This document shows, piece by piece, positions 46,120 to 55,721 of a stretch of DNA of 64,000 nt. The notes below the pieces were generated by a model that worked only from the letters and a program-made list of their open reading frames with translations, had not been told where the DNA came from and made no database searches. This stretch comes from Polyangiaceae bacterium (GTDB taxonomy: Bacteria; Myxococcota_A; Polyangia; Polyangiales; Polyangiaceae): positions 1 to 64,000 of the forward strand of contig JBILLK010000005.1 of assembly GCA_044376115.1 (NCBI GenBank), given 5' to 3'. The translations under genes and the position numbers were made by a program. The first letter of the stretch is position 1. Each line of letters opens with the position of its first letter.

Positions 46120-47652
46120 ATGACACTCGCCGCCGGCCAGATCATTGATGAGAAGTACCGCATCGTCCGAGTTTTGGGCGTGGGCGGAATGGGAGCGGTC
46201 TACGAAGGCGAGAACGCGCGCATTCACCGCAAGGTGGCGATCAAGGTCTTGCATGAATCGGTAGCGCAAAAGGCCGATTTCGTGCAGCGGTTCGAGCGTG
46301 AAGCGCAAGCGGCAGGTCGCATCGGTTCGCAGCACATCGTCGAGGTGCTCGATCTCGGGAATCTGCCCTCCGGCGAGCGCTACATGGTGATGGAGTTCCT
46401 TGACGGTGAACCGCTGACGAACCGCATCAAGCGTAGAGGCCGGCTCTCAATCCCGGAAACGACCGCGCTCACCGGTCAGCTCTTGAGCGGTCTTGGCGCT
46501 GCGCACACCGCCGGCATCATTCATCGCGATCTCAAGCCCGACAACATCTTCGTCGTGCAACGGTCAGGCGTCGATTTCGTCAAGCTGGTGGACTTCGGTG
46601 TTTCAAAGTTCACCAACGCTGGGGAAGACATGAGCATGACCCGCACCGGCGCCGTGATGGGGACGCCGTATTACATGTCTCCCGAGCAGGCTCGTGGCCA
46701 GCCGATTGATCACCGCAGTGACCTTTATTCGGTTGGGGTCGTCTGTTACCAGGGCCTCACCGGGCAACTGCCGTTCAACGCGGAGACGTTCAATGAACTG
46801 CTATTCAAGATCGCGCTCGAGACGCCGGAGCCGATCGAGAAGCTGATCGCAGGCTTTGACCCTGGCTTCGCCGCCATCATTCGCAAGAGCATGGAGCGAG
46901 ATCCAACGCAGCGGTTCCAATCCGCTGCTGAGTTTGGTGCCGCCTTGCAGGCGTATTCCTCCGGCCAGGTCCACCCGCCCGCTGTTTACACCAACACTCA
47001 GGTCGGGCCGTCGGGGGCGCTGGGTCAATCGGGAGCGCTGGGTCAATCGGGAGCGCTGGGCCAATCAGGAGTGCTGGGCCAATCAGGAGCGCTGGGCCAA
47101 TCGGGAGCGCTGGGTCAATCGGGAGCGCTGGGTCAATCGGGAGCGCTGGGTCAATCGGGAGCGCTGGGTCAATCGGGGTCGTTGCCAGGTGCACACGGGC
47201 CGCTCAATCAATCGTCTCAGGTCGGTCTCGCCGTCACAGCTCCTCAACAAAAAAAGAGCGGAACTACGCTGCTGGCCGCCGCTCTCGGTATGGCCGTTTT
47301 GGGCGTTGGCGGAGGCTTGGTCGCCTTTCGCTTCGCGGGTGGAGAGCCGCCCCCCTCTGCAGGGAGCCGCGCAGAATCGGCCTCAGCGGTGGTCACCGAG
47401 CCTTCCGCGGGTGCAACCAGTTCGGTTGTGCCAACGGCGAACCCCACCGCGGCGATCTCAGCGAACCCGGTGGACTCCGCCGTGCCCACCGCCAGCGCCA
47501 GCGCAGCGCCCTCTGCAGTGCCGTCCGCGGTGCCGTCGGCAGCTCCGCGATCAACGGGCGTTGCTGCCAAACCAACGGCTGAAAAGCCTGAGCCGAAGCC
47601 GGCGGTCACTGCGAAGCCAGTAGGTGGACGCACCATCGACGGCACGCTCTGA
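46120..47652 (+). CDS. Membrane Ser/Thr protein kinase (paralog) with GALGQS repeats
   Basis: HRDLKPDN, DFG, GTPYYMSPEQ; shares MSMTRTGAVMGTPYYMSPEQA and PFNAETFNEL with the upstream kinase. Confidence 0.95.
   Translation: MTLAAGQIIDEKYRIVRVLGVGGMGAVYEGENARIHRKVAIKVLHESVAQKADFVQRFEREAQAAGRIGSQHIVEVLDLGNLPSGERYMVMEFLDGEPLTNRIKRRGRLSIPETTALTGQLLSGLGAAHTAGIIHRDLKPDNIFVVQRSGVDFVKLVDFGVSKFTNAGEDMSMTRTGAVMGTPYYMSPEQARGQPIDHRSDLYSVGVVCYQGLTGQLPFNAETFNELLFKIALETPEPIEKLIAGFDPGFAAIIRKSMERDPTQRFQSAAEFGAALQAYSSGQVHPPAVYTNTQVGPSGALGQSGALGQSGALGQSGVLGQSGALGQSGALGQSGALGQSGALGQSGALGQSGSLPGAHGPLNQSSQVGLAVTAPQQKKSGTTLLAAALGMAVLGVGGGLVAFRFAGGEPPPSAGSRAESASAVVTEPSAGATSSVVPTANPTAAISANPVDSAVPTASASAAPSAVPSAVPSAAPRSTGVAAKPTAEKPEPKPAVTAKPVGGRTIDGTL
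47014..47175 (+). repeat. 18-bp coding tandem repeat x9 (GALGQS, one GVLGQS)
   Basis: GG(A/G)G(C/T)GCTGGG(T/C)CAATC(G/A) units. Confidence 0.95.
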
Positions 47653-47664
47653 CGCCAGGCCAAC

Positions 47665-50600
47665 TCAAAAGGCGTAGCGCGCGCCAACGCTGGGTGACGC
47701 GGTGAACCACGCTGGCCCCGTGAGGTCCTCTCCTCCGAACGCTCCAATTCCATCCACCGCCGCGTCCACTTCACGGTCTGCTTCCCAGCGGGGCACGCCC
47801 AGTGGAATGACGGTGGTCACGGCGAGCCCAAGCGACGCTTCGAAGCTCTCCGTCAATTTGTAGGCGACGCGCACTTCCGGCAACACGCCGATTGCAGGCG
47901 CAAACACGCTTTCGATGATGGGGCCCGCTTGATACGTGAACCCGTCCTCAAGGTCGAAGCGTCCGGTGCGCACATCGCGGCTTCTGCTCAGCAGCGCGCC
48001 AGCCGTGAGTCGGAGGGAGACCGGAACCACCTCACCAAAGCGATACGAAACGTGCGCTCCAACGAAGGCGCCTGAAAGCGAAAGCTCGTCATCGACCAAG
48101 CCCGCTCGCACAGGAAGCCCTACGGGTTGTACGGAGGCCGCTCGCCCCTCCACCGTCTGCGCCGACGCAAACCATCCGCCTGAAACTCCAACCCCAAGGC
48201 CGATTCCGAACTCGTAGGCCAAGTGAAGCAGCGCTGTGCCGCCGAGCCCAACGCCCGCACTGCAACCCTCGCCACAGTCCTTGTTCGGCTGGCCAAAGTA
48301 GCTCGGGAAAAGGTTGAGTGCACCGGTCGCTTCGACGACGAACTTGCCCGGGATCGACCAGCGTTCGTCGTCCGGATTCTGCTCCAGCGCAACGCGCAGT
48401 GTGGTCGGGTCGTCCTTCTCGAGCGTGAGCTCGCGGCGCTGGCCGATGAAGCCGTCGGCAGAGATCGTGATGATGTGTTGCCCGCTTGGCAGCGCGCCGG
48501 ACCAGGTTCCACGGCCGAGCGGCACTCCATCAATCTCGATCAGCGAGGCGGCAGGCGTGGGCTCCACACGCAGCGCAGCATCGAGCGGAACGGCGGTCAG
48601 CTCGAGCGTGGTGACGCGATCCTTCTCGATCGGAGCGGAGGTCGGGGCAACGCCGCTGCCATCGTCGTTCTGGAGCACCACCACGTGGGCGCCCACCGCC
48701 AGCGTTCCCTCGAAAGGCGTCACTCCGACCTCGATCTGATCGACGATCACGCGGTGCACTTTGCCGGCCTTCTCGACGATCCTTAGCGTCCCCGACTCGG
48801 TTAGCGCGAGCAGCTTTGCTTCCACTCGTTGGGCTTGTCGGCTGGCCACCTCGACTCGCGTCTCGAACGGAACAAAACCCTGTTTGAACACGCGTACGAC
48901 GTGACTGCCGGAGGGCACGCGCAAAGGGGCCGTGGTTGGGTAGGTCCCGCGTTGGCGCCCATCGATGACGATCATCGCGCCGGGTTCGGCCGCATCGATC
49001 TCGATGCTCCCAACCAGCGTTCGCAAAGCCGAGATCGCCTCCTGTGCCTCGAGCTTCTTCTTCTGATCCATGTCCGGATAGTCGCGAAGGAGCGCTTCAT
49101 ATTCGGTGAGCGCCTCGTCTTGCCGACCGAGCTCGCGGAGACAGAAGGCGCTGTTTTGCCTGGCCCCACGGGTCGGGTACAAGCGCACCGACTCGCTGAA
49201 CTCCGCCAGGGCGGCGTCCCAAGCGCGTTCGTTGACGAGCGCAAGTCCGCGTTCAAATCGTTTCTTAGCCTCCTCCTTCGCTAGCTCCTTGCCCTCGTTC
49301 GCAGCTGCAGCGGCGGGCTCAGTAGGCTGAGCTTGGCTCGGTTGCGGCTGACCTACGGCGTGTGTTGGGTGGCCCATCGCAGCTACGGCCACCGCAGCGA
49401 GCATCTTGCGCCGACGTCGCAACGACGCAATCGCCAGAACACCGAGCAACCATGCGGCTTGCGAGGGTGCTCGACCTCCGCTCGTCGTGCAGTCGCAGCT
49501 CGACGCAACGTCGCTTGGTGGGCGCGGTACACAACGACCATCGAAGTCGCACGCGGAAGGCGACTGACAGTCGGATACGTCGCTGCAGGACGTCTTGCAG
49601 GTCCCATCCGGTCGGCAGGTGTAGGGGCTGCAATCGACGATCTCGCCCTCGGCTGTGGTCGCGGTAGCTCCTTCGCATTGGCCGGCAACACACGCGCCGT
49701 CGTCGCAGTGATAACCGGTCGCGCATTCTTCGTTGCCGGTGCAACTCTCGAGACAGGCCTCTGCTCCGCAGGCAAATTCACCGCATGGTCCTACCGTGCC
49801 GGCGCACTCAGACCGTTGTTGCCCATCGCAGATGGCGAAGTCGCAAGGGTCTTCAACCCCAGCGTTGTCGCAGGCCGTCCGGTCCCCGTGCGGTAGCCCG
49901 GTTACCGGCACACAAATCCCGAGGCTCCCATCGACATCACACGCCTCGCACTGCAGCTCACACGCCGACTGACAGCACAGCCCATCAGCGCAGAACCCGC
50001 TTTCACACTCTGCCGCCGACCTGCAAGGTCCGCCGCTTGAAATCACGCAAGCATCCTCGAGCGAAAGACCCGGCGGAATCTCTCCACACTGGCCGTCCTC
50101 TCCCGTGCCCTTGCGTGCGGCTGTGCAACCCTCACAAGCGCCGTCGCATACGGCATCGCAGCACACTCCGTCGGCGCAGGAACCACTGTCGCACTCCGCG
50201 TCGAATTCGCACGCTATGCCCAGTCCGGCCGGCCGAATCTCAACCAGCCTGCCAGGGCTCACCATGCCGTTGACCGCAACGCGAAGCCAACCGAGCCCGG
50301 TGAACGTCGTTGCCGGCGGGGTCCAGCTGAGGGTCGTGTCGGTCCATTCGGTGGTTCGACCAATCACGAGCCCTGGGCCATTGAGCGGCTGCCAAAACAC
50401 CACGGGCTGGTTGCTCGTCGAAGCCTTGGTTTGGCCGCCCGAGGAGTCCGGGCCACGGAACCGCGTGCCCGTCATCGCTACGCTCGTTCCCGCCTCGACG
50501 ACCGAGGGAGCGCCGCTCAACGTTGGCCGGAACGGATCGTTGCCGAAGGCGAAGACCTGCGTCGCTGTGTGAGGAAAGTCGATGCAGATGGTGGTGCAGC

Positions 50601-53262
50601 TCACGCCGCCGGTCAGCAACACCGTGCCACTACCCAGCACCGTAGCCCGATGCCCAGTGAGCGGCGCCACGAGACTTTGCGTGAGCGCAAACGCTCCCGA
50701 TGATCCAGCGCCGGCGTCAAAGGTCTCAGCGGTTTGCAGTGTAGGCGGTTCGATCGCCTCGATCTGCCCGCCGAGAATCAGCGCCTGACCCGTAGGCAGC
50801 AAGGCACTTGCGGCTCGTACGCGGTTTACGGAGGCATCCTGCGTAAAGCTGAAGCTCTCCGTCTTCGGGTCGAAGAGTTCCCCCGCAAGCGTGTCTCCTC
50901 CAATCACGAGAACGCGCCCATCGCTCATGGTCTGCAGTTCAACATCGGCGTGGGTCGTGCCCGGCGAGGGCGCCGCCGCAAAAGTCTCGGTGATTGGGTC
51001 AAAGAGTTCGGCGTGACTTCCGCCCAAGAGCAACACCTTGCCACTGCGCAGCAAGGTCGCGCCGTGTCCGCTCATTGGCGCGAGCATTGGAATCGGCTGG
51101 CTTAAGGCGTCGCTTGTGGGGTCAAAGAGCTCGGCACTCGCGATGCTGCCGTTCGAGTTTGATCCGCCTGCGATCAACACCTTGCCGTCCGGCAACACCG
51201 TGGCCGTGTGGTTCTCGCGCGCAACGCTGAGCGCGGCGGTCGCCGAAAAGGCCCCGGTTGCACCCAAGGCACTCCAGACCTCCGCGCTCGAAAGCGTCGT
51301 GGTGCCGTCCGACCCACCCGTCAACAGGACGCGCCCGTCCCGAAGCAGCGTCGCTGTGTGTCGGCGCCGCACCACCTGCATCGCTCCTGCGTCCACAAAG
51401 CTCTGCGTCGCTTCGTCGAAGATCTCCGCTGTATAGGTGAGCCCAAACGAGAAGAGCTCGCCTCCCGCGAACAGCACGCGACCATCGCTAAGGGTCGTTT
51501 CAGTATGCTCGCTGCGGCCTGTCGTCATGGCCGGCCCGTCGGCGAACGTGCTGCGTTGTGCAGAGGAGCCGCCGAGATAAAGCTCCGCCGACGCTTGTTC
51601 GCCACCAACGATCAGTACGTTGCCGTTCGGAAGCAGCGTGGCGGTGTGACCGCTGCGCGCCGCCGTGAGCGATTCAGCAACGGCGCTGAAGGTGCCAGTC
51701 GACGGATTGTAGAGTTCGGCCGAACTTGCTCCGGTCGCATCGAGTGCACCCAGAATGAGTACGTTTCCGTCGGGCAGCAGCGTTGCGGTGTGACCCAGGC
51801 GTCCAAGCGTGCCGTTGCCGGTGGCTTGGAAGGCTCCCGTGCCACCGGCCAACGAGGCATCCCAGACCTCAGCCGCGTTGGAGCTAATGATTGGCCCGCC
51901 GATGCTGCCGCAGGGGCAGCCACCGTAAACGAGCACCCGTCCGTTTCGCAGCAGCGTCAGCGAGTGCGAACCCGGCGTGAAACTCGTGGGGGCGCCGGTA
52001 GCAGTAAACGTTTGGGTATTGGGGTCAAACACTTGCGCGGTGGACTCTGTCGCATCGTTCAACCCCACGAGCAGCACGCGGCCATCCGGCGTCGCAACCG
52101 CCGCGTGACTCGCAAACGGGCTGGCTCCAAGTTGAGAGAAGCTTTCGCTCGTTGGGTCGAACAGCTCGGCAGAGCCATTTCCAACCACCAGCACTCGCCC
52201 GTCTGACAAAAGGGTTGCCGTGTGGCTCTCCCTACCAACATTCATCGAAGTTGTCGGGCTGATTGCACCTGTTGTCGGATCAAAGATGTCAGCTGTCGCA
52301 AGATCTGTATCACCGTCGAATCCACCGAGGATGAGTACGCGGCCATCGAGCAGCGGTGTTGCCGTATGCCTTGCTCGGCCAGCTGCCAAACTTGGTCCGA
52401 GCTCGGCTCTTCCCGTACGAGGGTCGTACAGTTCGGTCGATCCATCGGCGCCACCGCTCGTCGAGCCACCCACGAGCAAGACCCGCCCGTCGCTCAACAA
52501 CGTCGCTGTGTGGTCCTGTCGCAGCTTGATCGGCACCGCAGCAACCGACCACGTTGGATCGATCACCACCGGAAACTCGACGATGTCGGGGTTGACGACT
52601 TCCACCAACAGCTCGTGACCAACCACCGAGAGACGCACCGAAACGAGGTCCCCATCGAGCTCCCAGGCTCTCGGTGCCTGAACCGAAAGCCGACGCTCCA
52701 GCTGCGGATCGCGCACGGTAACGCTCGTATCGTCTTCGGCCGCGAGGGACCAACCTTCAGGAAGCTCGAATGCGTAGCCGGCTCTTTCGGAAGCGCTCTC
52801 CACGGAGAGGAGCTCCTCCAGTGCTGTCCCGCTCTCGAAGATAAAGCTGCTGACGCCCTCGCTTTGTTGGTAGCTCAGGACCCCGTCGTGAAGTGCGCCG
52901 CGCACATGTTGTGATCGGAGACGTCGCACCATGAGCAACTCGGTACCGAGCTCGATTCGGGTTGGCTCGTCCGCAAACAGTGGGAGCTCCATCGCGAGCG
53001 GCGGCGCGAGCGGGCGAAAGGAGCCGCTAGCAGTCGACCCGTGCGCGACGAACCCCGAGGGGGTTGCTCTCCATCCATCGCTGCGCGCAGCGCGTGCAAG
53101 TTGGTCGCTAAGTTGCGGCGCAACGTCGCTCAAGTCGGTCTGCGTTAGGCGCGGCGGAACGTCGACAACTCGGTCGGTAGGCTGCTCGCAGCTGCCCGTG
53201 ACAGCCAGCGACCACACCAACCCAACCACGTTCGTCCGCCAGAAAGCTCGAGCTGCGCGCAT
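47665..53262 (-). CDS. Kelch-repeat / Cys-rich / internal MYXO-CTERM / TPR-PEGA / beta-barrel fusion protein
   Basis: Many HTATLL.DGRVL..GG kelch blades; C.DG.CC...C Cys-rich modules; CDC...WLLGVLAIASLRRRRK; TPR motif AWDAALAEF..S..LYP; PEGA repeats; C-terminal ARYAF. Confidence 0.88.
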   Translation of the reverse strand: MRAARAFWRTNVVGLVWSLAVTGSCEQPTDRVVDVPPRLTQTDLSDVAPQLSDQLARAARSDGWRATPSGFVAHGSTASGSFRPLAPPLAMELPLFADEPTRIELGTELLMVRRLRSQHVRGALHDGVLSYQQSEGVSSFIFESGTALEELLSVESASERAGYAFELPEGWSLAAEDDTSVTVRDPQLERRLSVQAPRAWELDGDLVSVRLSVVGHELLVEVVNPDIVEFPVVIDPTWSVAAVPIKLRQDHTATLLSDGRVLLVGGSTSGGADGSTELYDPRTGRAELGPSLAAGRARHTATPLLDGRVLILGGFDGDTDLATADIFDPTTGAISPTTSMNVGRESHTATLLSDGRVLVVGNGSAELFDPTSESFSQLGASPFASHAAVATPDGRVLLVGLNDATESTAQVFDPNTQTFTATGAPTSFTPGSHSLTLLRNGRVLVYGGCPCGSIGGPIISSNAAEVWDASLAGGTGAFQATGNGTLGRLGHTATLLPDGNVLILGALDATGASSAELYNPSTGTFSAVAESLTAARSGHTATLLPNGNVLIVGGEQASAELYLGGSSAQRSTFADGPAMTTGRSEHTETTLSDGRVLFAGGELFSFGLTYTAEIFDEATQSFVDAGAMQVVRRRHTATLLRDGRVLLTGGSDGTTTLSSAEVWSALGATGAFSATAALSVARENHTATVLPDGKVLIAGGSNSNGSIASAELFDPTSDALSQPIPMLAPMSGHGATLLRSGKVLLLGGSHAELFDPITETFAAAPSPGTTHADVELQTMSDGRVLVIGGDTLAGELFDPKTESFSFTQDASVNRVRAASALLPTGQALILGGQIEAIEPPTLQTAETFDAGAGSSGAFALTQSLVAPLTGHRATVLGSGTVLLTGGVSCTTICIDFPHTATQVFAFGNDPFRPTLSGAPSVVEAGTSVAMTGTRFRGPDSSGGQTKASTSNQPVVFWQPLNGPGLVIGRTTEWTDTTLSWTPPATTFTGLGWLRVAVNGMVSPGRLVEIRPAGLGIACEFDAECDSGSCADGVCCDAVCDGACEGCTAARKGTGEDGQCGEIPPGLSLEDACVISSGGPCRSAAECESGFCADGLCCQSACELQCEACDVDGSLGICVPVTGLPHGDRTACDNAGVEDPCDFAICDGQQRSECAGTVGPCGEFACGAEACLESCTGNEECATGYHCDDGACVAGQCEGATATTAEGEIVDCSPYTCRPDGTCKTSCSDVSDCQSPSACDFDGRCVPRPPSDVASSCDCTTSGGRAPSQAAWLLGVLAIASLRRRRKMLAAVAVAAMGHPTHAVGQPQPSQAQPTEPAAAAANEGKELAKEEAKKRFERGLALVNERAWDAALAEFSESVRLYPTRGARQNSAFCLRELGRQDEALTEYEALLRDYPDMDQKKKLEAQEAISALRTLVGSIEIDAAEPGAMIVIDGRQRGTYPTTAPLRVPSGSHVVRVFKQGFVPFETRVEVASRQAQRVEAKLLALTESGTLRIVEKAGKVHRVIVDQIEVGVTPFEGTLAVGAHVVVLQNDDGSGVAPTSAPIEKDRVTTLELTAVPLDAALRVEPTPAASLIEIDGVPLGRGTWSGALPSGQHIITISADGFIGQRRELTLEKDDPTTLRVALEQNPDDERWSIPGKFVVEATGALNLFPSYFGQPNKDCGEGCSAGVGLGGTALLHLAYEFGIGLGVGVSGGWFASAQTVEGRAASVQPVGLPVRAGLVDDELSLSGAFVGAHVSYRFGEVVPVSLRLTAGALLSRSRDVRTGRFDLEDGFTYQAGPIIESVFAPAIGVLPEVRVAYKLTESFEASLGLAVTTVIPLGVPRWEADREVDAAVDGIGAFGGEDLTGPAWFTASPSVGARYAF

Positions 53263-53329
53263 CTCACGAATGTCGCACGCTTTGTCTGCGGCTTAAGGCG
53301 TATCCGCTTAGCGCCGCCGAACGAGCAAC

Positions 53330-53710
53330 TTAGCTTCGTGCAGCCTGCTCTAGAAAGCGCTCCATGGTGTCACGAGCGATGCGCAAGAGAGCGCGCGCTT
53401 CGAGGTCGCTTGGGCCAAACGCAGTCTCCGCAGGGCCGTCGTAGAGCCGAACGTTGAGTCGCGCTCGAGTCTGGAGCCCAGGCTCGCCACTCCCCAGCGC
53501 GATGAGGGGTCCGGCAGCGGCGTTGTCGAGGAGCTGCGTTGGAGCCGGACCCACCGAAAGCCCGACCTCTCCGAGAACCTCGGCAACGAGCGCATGGTCC
53601 ACGCGAACAGCGCCGTGAGCGAGTGCTTGCGCCTCGATTCCCATCGACTTCGCCACGGCGGCCGCCATCATCGCAAGCCCGCCACCCTGAAAATCCAAGA
53701 AGGCGATCAA
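53330..53710 (-). CDS. LMW-PTP/ArsC-fold protein lacking catalytic Cys/Arg (putative pseudo-phosphatase)
   Basis: IAFLDFQGGGLAMMAAA aligns by eye to VLFVCxxNxxRSxMA; EVLGEVGL and R..RD.ME motifs; 4-bp overlap with the FHA gene. Confidence 0.55.
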   Translation of the reverse strand: MIAFLDFQGGGLAMMAAAVAKSMGIEAQALAHGAVRVDHALVAEVLGEVGLSVGPAPTQLLDNAAAGPLIALGSGEPGLQTRARLNVRLYDGPAETAFGPSDLEARALLRIARDTMERFLEQAARS

Positions 53711-54936
53711 TTGGTGTTCAGCTCAACCCGGAGCAGCTTCCGTCCAATGAAGACGTAGTCACCATGCCCGAGCTCGCGTTCAGTCTTCAGGCGTAGATAG
53801 GTGCCGTTTCGACTCGAGTTGTCGGTAAGCGAAAATCGCCCATCGCTTTCCTCGATCCGACAGTGAGCACCGGACATGTAGAGGTCGCCAGGGAAATTGA
53901 GGTCCCCTCCCTCACGGCCGATTTGCAGCGCGTTGCCGCGCGCACAAACGGTCATTCCAACCGAACCACCCTGAAGGATCTGCACCAAGCGGAACGAACT
54001 CGGATGCTTCGGCGATGAGTAGAAGAAGGTTCCGTCCGGGCCCGCACCGTCTGTCGGCTTCGGGTTGAGATCCAAACGGAACAACTGCTCGCCGGCGAGG
54101 AAGGTGTCGCCCGGCGTTACCTCGACGGTGCCACGAACGCGCATATAAACGCCGTTGAGCGACCGCTCATCTCGGACGACGAGCTTGCCGTTTCGGTAGA
54201 AGAAGTTCGCGTGGCGCGGCGATACGAACGGGTCATCGGGGAAGGGTAGCTGCCCGTCCCGTCCGACGATGTGCTGCTCGGCCTGGAGGTGGAACGACAG
54301 GCCGTCCATTCCCTCGCCGCGAATCAGGATCAACTTCGCTCTCGCGGGATTCTGCATGTCCCCGAAAAAGAGCGTTTGAGCGCTCAGAATTTCAGGCGGA
54401 ACGGCTTCACCACAGCGGCCGCAGAACTTGTGCCCCATGGGCACGCCACTCGAGCAAGAGCGGCAAACGTAGTGACGAGCCTGTTCCATCAACTCCTCCT
54501 GAGACAGCGTAGCGAATTCGCTCGGCGCGGGCTGGCCTCGCGATTCAGACTGGATCGCGGCCTTGGGCGCCGCGCGTTCGTCACCGGACTCAGATGCCCG
54601 GTTGGGTATGGGATCCTTCGTTGGTGGCGCTTTGACTGGCCGCATCGCCATCATGGCCAACGCGGAAGGTCGCCGAAGTGGTTGGGGGGCTTCTGCCCCG
54701 CTCACCGATCGACGTCGTTCCTCGATCGCCACGTGCCCCGGCATGCCACCAACCTGAATCCCAGGATTGGAGCCCAGTGCCTCGCTACCCTGCGAGCGGC
54801 GCTCTTTTGGTACGAGAGACCGCTGGCGTACCAACGACAAATCGGCCTGACATGAAAGACAAGCTCGAGCGCCCATCGGGTTGAAGGCATCGCATTGCCC
54901 GCAAACGAGGCCAATTTCCGTACGTTCCGGGCCCAA
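53707..54936 (-). CDS. Zinc-ribbon plus tandem FHA domain protein
   Basis: CxxC pairs (CGQC/CLSC, CRSC/CGRC); two FHA domains, each with GR, SxxH and NG motifs. Confidence 0.9.
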   Translation of the reverse strand: MGPERTEIGLVCGQCDAFNPMGARACLSCQADLSLVRQRSLVPKERRSQGSEALGSNPGIQVGGMPGHVAIEERRRSVSGAEAPQPLRRPSALAMMAMRPVKAPPTKDPIPNRASESGDERAAPKAAIQSESRGQPAPSEFATLSQEELMEQARHYVCRSCSSGVPMGHKFCGRCGEAVPPEILSAQTLFFGDMQNPARAKLILIRGEGMDGLSFHLQAEQHIVGRDGQLPFPDDPFVSPRHANFFYRNGKLVVRDERSLNGVYMRVRGTVEVTPGDTFLAGEQLFRLDLNPKPTDGAGPDGTFFYSSPKHPSSFRLVQILQGGSVGMTVCARGNALQIGREGGDLNFPGDLYMSGAHCRIEESDGRFSLTDNSSRNGTYLRLKTERELGHGDYVFIGRKLLRVELNTN

Positions 54937-55006
54937 AGCTTCTACCTTAGAGCGTTGAAGTCAGCATGGTCGCGCTATCTACGAAGCGGGTCAAGGGAAT
55001 GGATCA

Positions 55007-55642
55007 TCATCGGACAAACTCGAAGCGACGCTTTGAGCCCGTGAACCCTTCCGTTCCCCAGAGTCGGAACAGAACCCGATCCGTGCATGTGTTCGCCATT
55101 ACTGCGCCAAAATCACGGGAATCTTCGTGATAGACCCGATTGTCGCTCACGAGGTAGACCCGCCCAGCACCCACTTTGTGTTCGGCGGGTGTGGTGTCTC
55201 GCGTCTCCCCTCCCGCAATGAAGTGCCAACCCCCGGCAAACTCAACGCGAGCGCAGCGCAACTTCTTGGGGGCGCCGCTCACCGGGTCATTTACCGTTAC
55301 CTCGTCGTCAACGCACGCCTCCGTGGTGGAATAGCGGCGTCCGTTGACCGAGACGGAGGTTCCAAGCACGGACACGGTTTCGCCAGACTGCCCGTAGATG
55401 CGGCCCATCACCCAGCGCTGAGAATCCTCGGGATCGGGGCAGCGCACGAGTTCGTTGGCTCCTCGCTCGCCACTGGTCATCACCACGACCAAGTCTCCAG
55501 GAAACACGGTCGGCGCAACCGAGGCGCCCAAGAACGGATCTTTGGGTACCGTCCAAAGACGAAGACCGCTCAGTCGCGCGATCAACAGTAAAACGGCGAT
55601 GATTCCTGCTGACCAGAGGAGGAACTTCACGAGCTTTCGCAC
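55007..55642 (-). CDS. Signal peptidase I (S26) family protein, catalytic Lys apparently absent
   Basis: SVAPTVFPGD (box B), VMGRIYG (box D without Lys), SDNR...EDSRDFG (box E). Confidence 0.8.
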   Translation of the reverse strand: MRKLVKFLLWSAGIIAVLLLIARLSGLRLWTVPKDPFLGASVAPTVFPGDLVVVMTSGERGANELVRCPDPEDSQRWVMGRIYGQSGETVSVLGTSVSVNGRRYSTTEACVDDEVTVNDPVSGAPKKLRCARVEFAGGWHFIAGGETRDTTPAEHKVGAGRVYLVSDNRVYHEDSRDFGAVMANTCTDRVLFRLWGTEGFTGSKRRFEFVR

Positions 55643-55721
55643 GGACCCATCCTATGCTGAATCGCTGGAGAAGGCTTAAAGAGTGAAGAAACGGCAGACC
55701 TAGGCAATGCCAGCGCTTGCG

